Positions 47,545 through 55,395 of a stretch of DNA of 64,000 nucleotides are shown here, one piece after another; the first letter of the stretch is position 1; each line of letters begins with the position of its first letter. This DNA is from a virus. A model generated the notes under the pieces. The model worked only from the letters and a program-made list of their open reading frames with translations, made no database searches and had not been told where the DNA came from. Both the position numbers and the translations under genes were made by a program. Where the stretch lies: IMG/VR virus record IMGVR_UViG_3300032315_000774, positions 1 to 64,000 of that record; one strand, written 5' to 3'.

Positions 47545-47850
47545 ACGTCAGAAACAGTAGCGCCCACATCACTGTGATGAACTGCTCATCGCTGTCTGTA
47601 GCGAACGCTGACGCCGTCAGAACGGCAAGAGAAAAGAAGAGCATGCTTCACTTCCTTGCTTTTGACTGGAATCTCTGCTGCATGTCCTTGATCTGTCGGG
47701 CCGATAGTCCGAAGACCAGACCGTGAACCTTGATCAAGAAGCTCATCCAGCTGTGACGCTCGTCGTGTGACGCTTGCTGCTTCGCTTTGGGGCTCGGGGC
47801 AGGTCGGCCCTTGCGTCTGAGCCGCGCCAGGCGTCGTCGGCGGGGTCGCA

Positions 47851-48273
47851 TCAGTCTTCGTCCTTGAGGAGGAAGTCGTTGTTGAGCACCTTGAACGACA
47901 GGCGCCCGCCCAGCGTCCGCGATACACGGTCCACCAGCGGTCGCACCACGATCCCTTCGCGGCGGTTCTTGGTTCCCGCGTAGACGCCGTTGGCCATCGC
48001 CAGGTAGCGCTCCAGCGTGTGCTCGAAGCTCCGCGCTTCGTCGCCCCGCACTTCTCGCTCGATTGGCACCGTGGAAAGGCCCAGCGACGCGACGAAGGCG
48101 CGCATCTCGTCGAGCGAGAGATACGCCCCGCGCCGCGTGTCGAACACGCTGAAGTGTCCCAGCTTGGGCTGGACCGTACCGAACATCGGGCGCGAGGCCG
48201 CCCACAGCTCGTAGCCCTGCTCGTGCAGGACACGAAGCGCGTCGGGGAGTGCGGTGTCGAGGACATCGATCAT
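47851..48273 (-). CDS. C-terminal fragment of an Rnl2/DRB0094-type RNA ligase
   Basis: FSVFD..YLS..LSTVPI..REGIVVRP..SFKVLNNDFLLK; no KxDG motif I. Confidence 0.65.
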   Translation of the reverse strand: MIDVLDTALPDALRVLHEQGYELWAASRPMFGTVQPKLGHFSVFDTRRGAYLSLDEMRAFVASLGLSTVPIEREVRGDEARSFEHTLERYLAMANGVYAGTKNRREGIVVRPLVDRVSRTLGGRLSFKVLNNDFLLKDED

Positions 48274-48527
48274 GTCGTCTCCGTCTTCACTTCGCGTGCC
48301 AACCTCTGCACGGCGGTCTTGATCTTCTGACGCTGTGCGTCGGTCAGGTCGCTGCTCAGGTAGCTGACCGGACCGTCCGACAAGATCGACACGTAGTTCG
48401 GATACGCGATGACGCGCAGGTTGACCGTTGACTTCGGTTGCGAAGTGGTAGCTACGACCGTGCACAGGTACGTCTCCGGACGCACGACAGAGGTCTCCTT
48501 GACGACGAAGGTCTTGAACATGGCCAT
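48270..48527 (-). CDS. Hypothetical protein ending LAREVKTETT
   Basis: GAGG SD. Confidence 0.6.
   Translation of the reverse strand: MAMFKTFVVKETSVVRPETYLCTVVATTSQPKSTVNLRVIAYPNYVSILSDGPVSYLSSDLTDAQRQKIKTAVQRLAREVKTETT
48286..48301 (-). promoter_or_regulatory. Motif copy 19
   Basis: Exact copy, 12 nt before ATG. Confidence 0.8.
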
Positions 48528-48529
48528 GG

Positions 48530-48790
48530 CTACCTCTGCAGTGCGTCGAGCACAGCGCTTCGTGCCGCCTCGTAGCGCTCGACGTCGCCGGGCTCCGTGG
48601 GCCTCGACATCAGTGCGAAGATCCGGCCGAGCGCGAGGCGCACGGTGGCGTCTCGCGTCTCGATGTCGAAGCCGACGTGCGACGGCACGAACACCTCGCG
48701 TGCGCGCGGAGCTTCAGGCGCTTCGCGCGGTGCACCGAACAGCTCGCGTTCGATCGCACGTTGCGTGCGGCGTGACTGCTTGCGGGTCAC
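48530..48790 (-). CDS. Hypothetical protein
   Basis: Packed ORF. Confidence 0.55.
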   Translation of the reverse strand: MTRKQSRRTQRAIERELFGAPREAPEAPRAREVFVPSHVGFDIETRDATVRLALGRIFALMSRPTEPGDVERYEAARSAVLDALQR

Positions 48791-49036
48791 TGGACGCGCC
48801 TCCGGAAGAAGTCTGCGGCGGCGAAGCGCATCTGTCCCGCAGAGCCGACCACGGTCCCGACGAGCACGTCACGCTCGTCGTAGACGTAGCCGTGCGTGCC
48901 TGCGACGAACAGCTCTTCGAACTCGGGAGACTCTTCGGTTATGCCTTGCGCGATCAGCTTGGCATCTCGGTAGATGTCGATCTTCACAGCTCGCTCCAGT
49001 CGACGAAGTACGCCGGGTCGTTCAGGCGGTCCATGT

Positions 49037-49489
49037 TCACTTCTCCGTCGTCTTGGCTTGGATGCAGATCCTGATTTGCTTGCCTGCGAACTTCTTGAAC
49101 AGCTCGTCGTTACGCGGCGGCAGGTATGACGGCACGACCAAACAGTCGTTCTTTTTGTCCTTCCAGGCGCTCGGGTCTTTGCGTGGGTCCCACCCACGAG
49201 GCGGTACATGGAAGTCTTCTGGTGAAGACGGGTCGATCCACGCCTTGAAGAAGACTGCGTTGCTGCTGACGAAGTCCCAAGTCACGCCGATGAGCGGGAT
49301 CCTCAGTGCGCGGACCGCGTCGTAATCGTAGTCGACGACGCCATGCACGAAGTCCGCGCTGAGCATGTGCGCTTGGAGGTCCACAGACCCAAGTTTCAGC
49401 CACGGCACGCGTGGCTTGTCGATCTCGACAGTCGTCTTGCCGAAGCGCACGTCGCAGATGTGCGTGAGGTCGAGCTGTTCGATGGTCAT
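49037..49489 (-). CDS. Hypothetical protein
   Basis: ATG with GGGA SD; possible frameshift near the end. Confidence 0.6.
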   Translation of the reverse strand: MTIEQLDLTHICDVRFGKTTVEIDKPRVPWLKLGSVDLQAHMLSADFVHGVVDYDYDAVRALRIPLIGVTWDFVSSNAVFFKAWIDPSSPEDFHVPPRGWDPRKDPSAWKDKKNDCLVVPSYLPPRNDELFKKFAGKQIRICIQAKTTEK

Positions 49490-49689
49490 GTCAGTCCCTT
49501 TCGCGCTCGATGTCGGCGATGACGTGGATCGGCACGTCCGAGCGGTCCTCGAACCGCTCGACGCGATCGAACTTGTAGTCGCGACCGTAGGCCCACGCCT
49601 GAGCCTCACGCTCGGTCTCCGCGACGATGACGGCGAGAAGCGTCGGCCCTCGCATGATCTTCCAGATGCTTCGCATGGTCTCGTTCCTC

Positions 49690-50019
49690 CTAGGCGGTGA
49701 TCTCGACGATCGAGATCTTGTTCGTGCGCGTGTCCAGGACGCGCTGTGATGCGGTGTAGATCGTGAGGACGTCTCGCCACTGGTGTGGGCCGATTGGCGT
49801 CCACAGCGCGTTGTACGCGAGCAGGAACGGCAGGTCCGAGACCAGCGCGCGAGTCTTGCACTGCGGCATCAGCTCGCCTGTCAGGACGTGCCGACAGACG
49901 CCTTCTCCATTGTTCGCGTACACGCCTACGAAGCGGCTGGCGCTCTGCCAGACCGAGAACACGTTCTCGTACGCGTCAGGCGCCTCCAGACGCTGGAGCG
50001 TGGTCCGAAATCGGATCAT
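49690..50019 (-). CDS. Hypothetical protein
   Basis: ATGA overlap. Confidence 0.55.
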   Translation of the reverse strand: MIRFRTTLQRLEAPDAYENVFSVWQSASRFVGVYANNGEGVCRHVLTGELMPQCKTRALVSDLPFLLAYNALWTPIGPHQWRDVLTIYTASQRVLDTRTNKISIVEITA

Positions 50020-50405
50020 CGTATGAAGTCCTTTCCGTTGTTCCCGATGACTCGACACGAGTACGGGATCGTCTCGTTGAAGTAGTCCTCCTCGGGCCGC
50101 GACTGCGACCAGTTGTAGCGGTCGACGATCGCGCGGACGCGCTCGATCACCCAGATGACCTGAGCCGCGCTTGCACGCGTCAGCCAGGGGTAACGCAGCT
50201 CGGCGTCGCGCTGCGCAACCTCCTTCTCGTAAGAGACCTGCTCGATCGGGGCGTCGATCTTGACCGAGAAGGTCATCCACCCCGAACGCGGGTTCACGCG
50301 TACCGTGGCACGCAGACCGCTCGCCTTGATCGCGCGCAACACGTGCTGCGCACGACCGCGCAGGTCGAGGTGCTGGACCTCTGCGTAGCGGGGACCGGGC
50401 GACAT
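50016..50405 (-). CDS. Hypothetical protein
   Basis: ATG 14 nt after motif copy 20; YNWSQSRPEEDYF. Confidence 0.65.
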   Translation of the reverse strand: MSPGPRYAEVQHLDLRGRAQHVLRAIKASGLRATVRVNPRSGWMTFSVKIDAPIEQVSYEKEVAQRDAELRYPWLTRASAAQVIWVIERVRAIVDRYNWSQSRPEEDYFNETIPYSCRVIGNNGKDFIR

Positions 50406-50419
50406 GCGCTTGCTCCTTC

Positions 50420-50435
50420 TTCACTTCGCGTGCCA
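50420..50435 (-). promoter_or_regulatory. Motif copy 20
   Basis: Exact copy. Confidence 0.8.
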
Positions 50436-50541
50436 GACTTGGCCGTGTGGAAGCCGACTTTGTCAGCGACATCACACGTGTGCTCGACGACACAGACCTC
50501 GACGAGGTGCGCTACGAGTGGCGCGTGGGCCGCCCGAAGGT

Positions 50542-51138
50542 CTACGGCGTGCCTGAGCGCTGCGTGGAACGCCTGCGGGTGATCGGCTGGGACGTCTCGT
50601 CGGCCGACTTGCCTGCGCCTGCGTCCGCTACGCTCGTTGAGCTGAGATAAGGCAGCCACAGCGGGTCGGGGTCGGCGATCGACAAGTCGAACTCCAGCTC
50701 GTGGGGCTTGTGCGGCTGGCTCTTGAGACGCATGCCTGCTTGTGCAGGCGTTCGGCTCGACTTCCTCTGGTTACACGTGAAGCAAGCCGCCACCGTGTTC
50801 GTCCAGCTCGACGTGCCGCCTTGTGCACGCGGCACGACGTGGTCGACCGTCGCCTCGCTCTTCGCGAGCTTGGCCCCGCAGTACATGCACGTCGAACGGT
50901 CACGCACGACGACCGCACGCCGAGAGAAACGCGGCGCGCGTCGACGTCGTGCGTGGCCTCGACGCAGCAGGATGACCGCAGGTCGCTCGTAGAGCGTGCC
51001 GTTCGCACCAACGATCGGGTCGTCGTGCACTTCGAGCACGTCACCCTTCGTCGACGCCAGCATGATCATCGCGGCCTCCCACGACACGACCGACAGAGGC
51101 TGGTAGTCGGCGCCGAGGATGAGCGTGCGGTAGTTCAT
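50542..51138 (-). CDS. HNH endonuclease (McrA-like)
   Basis: LILGADYQPL..PAVILL..RD..CMYCG..TVDHVVPRAQGG..W.N.V.ACFTCNQRK. Confidence 0.9.
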   Translation of the reverse strand: MNYRTLILGADYQPLSVVSWEAAMIMLASTKGDVLEVHDDPIVGANGTLYERPAVILLRRGHARRRRAPRFSRRAVVVRDRSTCMYCGAKLAKSEATVDHVVPRAQGGTSSWTNTVAACFTCNQRKSSRTPAQAGMRLKSQPHKPHELEFDLSIADPDPLWLPYLSSTSVADAGAGKSADETSQPITRRRSTQRSGTP

Positions 51139-51173
51139 GCGCGCACTCTACGCGTTGTCGCAAGAAGACACAA

Positions 51174-51479
51174 CTACTTCCGGAGTGCTTCGCTCTGCGT
51201 CGCCGTGATGTGATTCGGCCACGTCCACGTGAAGTGGCGGACCTCCGCCGTGTGCAGCACACCGTCGACGTCCACCGACGCGAGTTCGGAGTAGCCTGCT
51301 GCTTCTTGCCAGCGCTCTTCGAAGCGCGAAAGCGACGACGTGTGACCAGAGACGAGGTGCGTCAGCGCTTCGTGCAGCGCTCTGTTGACGACGGCACCGC
51401 TCCCTGTTGCGGTGCGACTGCCGTCGTCGACCTCGACGAAGACTGAAGTGTGAGCGGTGTGCGTGATGAGGATGCGCAT
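51174..51479 (-). CDS. Hypothetical protein
   Basis: ATG ORF. Confidence 0.5.
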   Translation of the reverse strand: MRILITHTAHTSVFVEVDDGSRTATGSGAVVNRALHEALTHLVSGHTSSLSRFEERWQEAAGYSELASVDVDGVLHTAEVRHFTWTWPNHITATQSEALRK

Positions 51480-51503
51480 GTCACGAAGAGACAGCGCGAC
51501 GAG

Positions 51504-51902
51504 CTACGAGTCAAGCGAACGACCGCGCCAGAAGTCTGCGTTCAAGATCTTGTCGATCTTGTCGCCTTCGAACTCTTCGAAGCTGAAGTTTCCGCGACCT
51601 GTCCACATGACGAGATTGAAGTTGCCGCCTGGCAGTGCCACTACGCCAAGCTGACGCTCGACTTCGGTCGGAAGCTCCGTTACCGGCAGAGCCGTGAACA
51701 GATTGTAGTGCAGGCGCACGTGGCGCACGTACGTGTACTTCGCTGAGTTTTTCAGCTCGAACATGTCAGGAAGGACCATGTCGCCGTGCACAGCGAAACC
51801 GGCTCTGTAGAACGCCTTGTCGACTTCCGACGTCGGAATCTCGCTGTTTGCAGAGAACGTCACGTCGAGCGTGCAGCGATAGAAACGCGTGGTATCGGTC
51901 AT
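51504..51902 (-). CDS. Hypothetical protein
   Basis: ATGA overlap, GAGG SD. Confidence 0.6.
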   Translation of the reverse strand: MTDTTRFYRCTLDVTFSANSEIPTSEVDKAFYRAGFAVHGDMVLPDMFELKNSAKYTYVRHVRLHYNLFTALPVTELPTEVERQLGVVALPGGNFNLVMWTGRGNFSFEEFEGDKIDKILNADFWRGRSLDS

Positions 51903-52264
51903 GTCTTGTCCTCTTTTCGTGCTGCTTCGGACTCCATCACTCGGTCGACTGCTTCGCACCACGCTTGAACGAGGTGCCAGTCCTGCACGCCGCGCCCGAC
52001 TCCGCGATCTGCGCGCTCCTCTTCGAGATAGAGGATGTACGCTCGATCTCTCAGATCGGATCCGTCGACGAATGGGATCAGCTGAGCTACCCACGCGATC
52101 CGCTTGCGCATCGCGGGCAGTTCGGTGCGTGCTTCTTCGACCGCTTCGAGGACCCGTTTCAGCGGTCTGCGCGCCGCCTCGGCCGTGTCTTCAAGAACAC
52201 GAAGCTGACGCACGAGGCTTTCGCACAGCTCCAGCGCGGCGCTCAGGTCTTCGTCGAGAGCCAC
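51899..52264 (-). CDS. Hypothetical protein
   Basis: LRDRAYILY.EE..G.G..VQDW..A resembles DUF2934. Confidence 0.55.
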   Translation of the reverse strand: MALDEDLSAALELCESLVRQLRVLEDTAEAARRPLKRVLEAVEEARTELPAMRKRIAWVAQLIPFVDGSDLRDRAYILYLEEERADRGVGRGVQDWHLVQAWCEAVDRVMESEAARKEDKT

Positions 52265-52274
52265 AGTGCGGACC

Positions 52275-52625
52275 TCACTTCTGAAGGGCGCCGAGAACGC
52301 CTCGCTGCATGCGCTCGGCGACGCGCGCGGCGAGGAAGTCGCGTGCTAACTTGATGTAACCGACCGCGACGTCGTTCTCAGGGCAGGCGAACGGACCTGC
52401 TTGGAAGGTCTCCAGACGATCTTGGAGGATCGCGAGCAAGTCGTCTTCCATGAGGCCGAGCGTGCTCTGTTCCTCGCCTCGCGGCCCATGCTGGAACTGG
52501 ATCTTGATGACGCTTCGATCCGGCAGCTGCACGCCGTACAGGTGCGAAGCGCCACCTGCGCTCATGTCGCGCTTGTCGAGTGGGGCGACGTTGTTCGAAG
52601 TGTGCGTGGCGAGAGACTTCATCAT
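52275..52625 (-). CDS. tad1: Tad1-family immune-signal sponge (anti-Thoeris/anti-CBASS)
   Basis: GGASHLY..IQFQHGPRGEE..G...DLLAILQDRLETFQAGPFACPEN..RVAERMQRGVLG. Confidence 0.85.
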   Translation of the reverse strand: MMKSLATHTSNNVAPLDKRDMSAGGASHLYGVQLPDRSVIKIQFQHGPRGEEQSTLGLMEDDLLAILQDRLETFQAGPFACPENDVAVGYIKLARDFLAARVAERMQRGVLGALQK

Positions 52626-52636
52626 GTGTTGTCCTT

Positions 52637-53161
52637 TCAGAGCTGGAGGAACCGCGCGATGTACGCGTCTTTGACGTCGGCAGGCGTTTGCTGCTTGAGG
52701 GGTGCTGCGCCGAAGATCGCGTCGCCCTGGTCTCAGGTCACCGATCGGTCGTCGCGCTGGAAGATCTGTGCGCGCTCGACGCGTAGCGCTTCACGGTCGA
52801 GGCGCTTGATGTCTGGATGGCTCAGCGAAGGAAGCCCGAAGCGCTTCGCGATGGCTTCTTCCATGCGGTGTTCGAGCGCTTTGTACTCGGGCAGAAGCTG
52901 CTTGAGAGGCGCGCTGACATCGCCAAGATACGCCTCGGCTGCGTCGTGGAGCAGCCCCAAGAGCTGCAGCTCTTTAGGCGCATGCTCGCTCACCCAGAGG
53001 CAGTGGCTCGCGACGCTGTAGAAGGGCGAGGTGTGGCCAGTGAATCGGCAGATGTGTGAGAGCGCGTGTGCGATGTCGATGATGTCGATCGACTCGACCT
53101 GCGGCTCCAGGAGGTGGACGTACTTGCCGGTGTAGGTGAGGATCGTTGGCTCCACACGCAC
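52637..53161 (-). CDS. YfbR/YfdR-like HD 5'-deoxynucleotidase with in-frame TGA at 52733-52735
   Basis: DIAHALS..CRFTGH..FYSVASH..LLHDAAEAYLGD..PLK; frame continues 31 codons to YIARFLQL. Confidence 0.8.
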
Positions 53162-53173
53162 TCCTTGGATGCT

Positions 53174-53368
53174 CGCAGCAGGTACTGCAGACAGTGCTAT
53201 CCGACTGCCTGCAGTACCATCGACGACGTCGTCGGCTTTCGTCGCTGCTGAGCGTGACGCAGATGCTCTACTGATTGAGCTACACCCCCATCGAAAGGGG
53301 GCGTTCCGTTCTGCCCGGAAGTCTTCTGCAATAACAGCGAACTAGGATACGAACGTCATCGTGCTGCG
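53174..53368 (-). ncRNA. Structured RNA with circularly permuted tRNA-like domain (Y/YrlA-like) no. 2
   Basis: GCAGA-AGAC-TTCCG GGCAGAA CGGAA-CGCCCCC loop GGGGGTG-TA-GCTC AATCAGTA GAGC-A-TCTGC on a long basal stem. Confidence 0.7.
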
Positions 53369-53520
53369 TGGGTTCAGGGTCCTTCGGAACAGTTTGATCG
53401 TCATGCGCTGACCGCCGCTCTACCAGTTGGCGTACCTCCCCACCGATTGAGGAGGGCTGGCATCGAACCAGCAACCACGAGTCAGACTTGCTGATCTTGA
53501 ACTTGAACTTCAGCACCCCG
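53369..53520 (-). ncRNA. Structured RNA with circularly permuted tRNA-like domain (Y/YrlA-like) no. 1
   Basis: CTGAC..GCTGG TTCGATG CCAGC-CCTCCTC loop GGGGAGG-TA..AACTGGTAGAGC..GTCAG; outer limits approximate. Confidence 0.7.
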
Positions 53521-53529
53521 AAGGGATGG

Positions 53530-54291
53530 TTACGCTCCGTTCAGGAACGTGAAGAGCTTGCTCGCGTCGAAGACACCCTCGACCTCGCGTGCGTTGGCCT
53601 CGGCGATGGCCGCCTTGGCCGCGTGCATCAGCTTCTCGATGCGTTCGATCAGCGCGGCCTTCTTGGCCTCGTCCCAAGCACCCGAGAGCTGGAACTCGGT
53701 CCAGCGGCCGATGCGCTTCTGCGTCTTGCGGACGGTGGTCTGCGCGGGGTGCTTGTCCGACGCCGGGACGACCACCACGACCTCGTCGATCGAGGTGAAC
53801 TTGTCGCGTGCGGTGGGTCCTGACGAGGCCACCGTCGCGACGGCGCCGCCGATCACCACGGTCTTCGTGGCGATGAAGTTGACCTGCGGGTTGCGCGTCG
53901 GGATGCGCTTCGCCTGCGCGTGGAGGTCGCGGAAGATCTTCTCCAGCGCGATCAGCGTCGTCGTGGGGAGCTTCACCGTCAGCGCCTGACCGTCGACGAC
54001 GATGGCCGCTGACGCGCTCTGGTTCGCCACGTCGCGCGTGGCCATCAGCTCGACGTGCTGTCGAGTCACGGTGAACGCGCGCTCCAAGATCAGGTCGACC
54101 GTCTGCTCGACCTGCTTCGACTCCGGAGGCAGCCGCTCGCCGTCGTCTTCCGTTGGCTGGTACGTGCGATCCAGCCCAGTGAACTTGTCGGGCTTGTCGA
54201 GCAGCTTGTAGCCGTCGCTGGTGACGCGGTTCGTGATCTCGGCCTGCGCCTTGACCTGGCCGACGAGCGCGGCGAGTTTGATCTTGTTCAT
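53530..54291 (-). CDS. Conserved protein of unknown function, extended helical/beta architecture
   Basis: Strong codon bias, GAGGAG SD; FTGLDRTYQP..DGERLPPESK.V..AN..A.A.IVVDG..LEK..IG.W...LSGA. Confidence 0.85.
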   Translation of the reverse strand: MNKIKLAALVGQVKAQAEITNRVTSDGYKLLDKPDKFTGLDRTYQPTEDDGERLPPESKQVEQTVDLILERAFTVTRQHVELMATRDVANQSASAAIVVDGQALTVKLPTTTLIALEKIFRDLHAQAKRIPTRNPQVNFIATKTVVIGGAVATVASSGPTARDKFTSIDEVVVVVPASDKHPAQTTVRKTQKRIGRWTEFQLSGAWDEAKKAALIERIEKLMHAAKAAIAEANAREVEGVFDASKLFTFLNGA

Positions 54292-54372
54292 GATGTCTCC
54301 TCTTTCGAGGGTAGGTTAGAGGTGGAAGAAGAAGTCGGAATGTGCGAGTGACGCGGCGTTTTTCACCTTGCG

Positions 54373-54444
54373 GCGAAGCGAAGGATTTGAACCTTCTACC
54401 CAATGCTTATCATGCATTTGCTCTACCGATGAGCTAGCTTGTAA
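54373..54444 (-). tRNA. Degenerate tRNA-Ile(GAU) (poor acceptor stem, possible pseudogene)
   Basis: GCTC ATCGGTA GAGC; AATGC ATGATAA GCATT; GAAGG TTCAAAT CCTTC; only 4 acceptor pairs. Confidence 0.55.
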
Positions 54445-54467
54445 GCCGACGTCGGAGCACATTCCTA

Positions 54468-54586
54468 CGGGGTGTGATGGATTCGAACCATCTGGCTTGT
54501 ATGGCCATCGCAGAGCCCTTTGCAGGACGAGAGCGCGACCAGTTTGCAACTTTACATAGTTGGTGAGGCCCAGCCTCAAACACCCC
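54468..54586 (-). ncRNA. tRNA-like RNA with about 53-nt variable-region insert, copy A
   Basis: GGGGTGT/ACACCCC acceptor; GATGG TTCGAAT CCATC T-arm; insert shared with copy B. Confidence 0.7.
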
Positions 54587-54603
54587 TTATTGTCAAAGAA
54601 CCA

Positions 54604-54724
54604 TGGACCTGTGTGGATTCGAACCACTTGCTTGTATGGCCGTCGCGGAACTCTTTGCGGAGCGAGAGCGCGACCAGTTTTCTGATGCCCAGTATCAGTG
54701 GGTTGCCATTACCCGTTCAGGTCC
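54604..54724 (-). ncRNA. tRNA-like RNA with about 53-nt variable-region insert, copy B
   Basis: GGACCTG/CAGGTCC acceptor; GGGT AATGGCA ACCC D-arm; GTGG TTCGAAT CCAC T-arm. Confidence 0.7.
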
Positions 54725-54787
54725 GTTGTCGCCTCGGACTCGCGTCGTCAGCGACGAGAGGATGTATCGCTCAGCTCGTTCGCGATG

Positions 54788-55378
54788 TCAACCGCCTCCG
54801 AACACGCCCGAGCGCAAGATCGTCGACGACGTCTTCTGGCCCGAGCGCAAGAACGTCTGCACTGCCAACGCCAAGGACGCCGCGCTCTGCATGATGAGCG
54901 GCAAGAACTCGCCGGTCTCGCACGTCACCGCGCCCGCTGCCGCCTCGTCGGGGACGAACTGCGGCGACCACCGCACGACGCCCATCTCTCCGTTCGGAGC
55001 GAGCGCGCCGTGCACCAGAGGCACACCGTTCGCCGTCGCGAAGCTGATGAGCGTGCGTCGGGCTTCGATGTTGTCCGTCGCGTCGACCAGCAACGTCGGG
55101 TTGTGAAGCGTGGTCTTGACGTTGTCAGACGTGATCTTGCCCGGGGCTGCCACGTACGATGCGCGCGTTCGACCGAAGTTGAAGTTGGCGCTTCGGACGA
55201 ACGCTTGCGCCTTGTTCACGCCCAACGTCTGGGTGCTGAAGGCTTGCGTGGTGAGGTTCTTGGCTTCGACGCGGTCGAAGTCGACCAGCGTGAACGTCGC
55301 GTCTTCGTTGCGCAGGAGCATGGCCGCATTCGAGCCAAGAGCCCCTACGCCGATGATGTAGATGTGTGGCTGCTTCAT
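54788..55378 (-). CDS. ThiF/E1-like adenylating enzyme
   Basis: IIGVGALGS, VDFDRVEAKNLTTQ, NKA, LVDATDNIEARR, candidate catalytic Cys in VTCE. Confidence 0.9.
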   Translation of the reverse strand: MKQPHIYIIGVGALGSNAAMLLRNEDATFTLVDFDRVEAKNLTTQAFSTQTLGVNKAQAFVRSANFNFGRTRASYVAAPGKITSDNVKTTLHNPTLLVDATDNIEARRTLISFATANGVPLVHGALAPNGEMGVVRWSPQFVPDEAAAGAVTCETGEFLPLIMQSAASLALAVQTFLRSGQKTSSTILRSGVFGGG

Positions 55379-55395
55379 CGTCGCAGCATGACACA

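Noticed and set aside
16561-50435. Repeated 16-bp motif as a CRISPR array
   Set aside because: Copies are separated by whole genes at irregular distances of hundreds to thousands of bp; no cas genes are present
53174-53520. Two-piece (permuted) tmRNA
   Set aside because: The GGCAGAA T-loop and permutation are suggestive, but full D-arms are present, CCA is absent and there is no tag reading frame
54495-54680. Variable-arm inserts as HDV-like/theta or twister ribozymes
   Set aside because: Could not map the required nested pseudoknot or catalytic residues by eye
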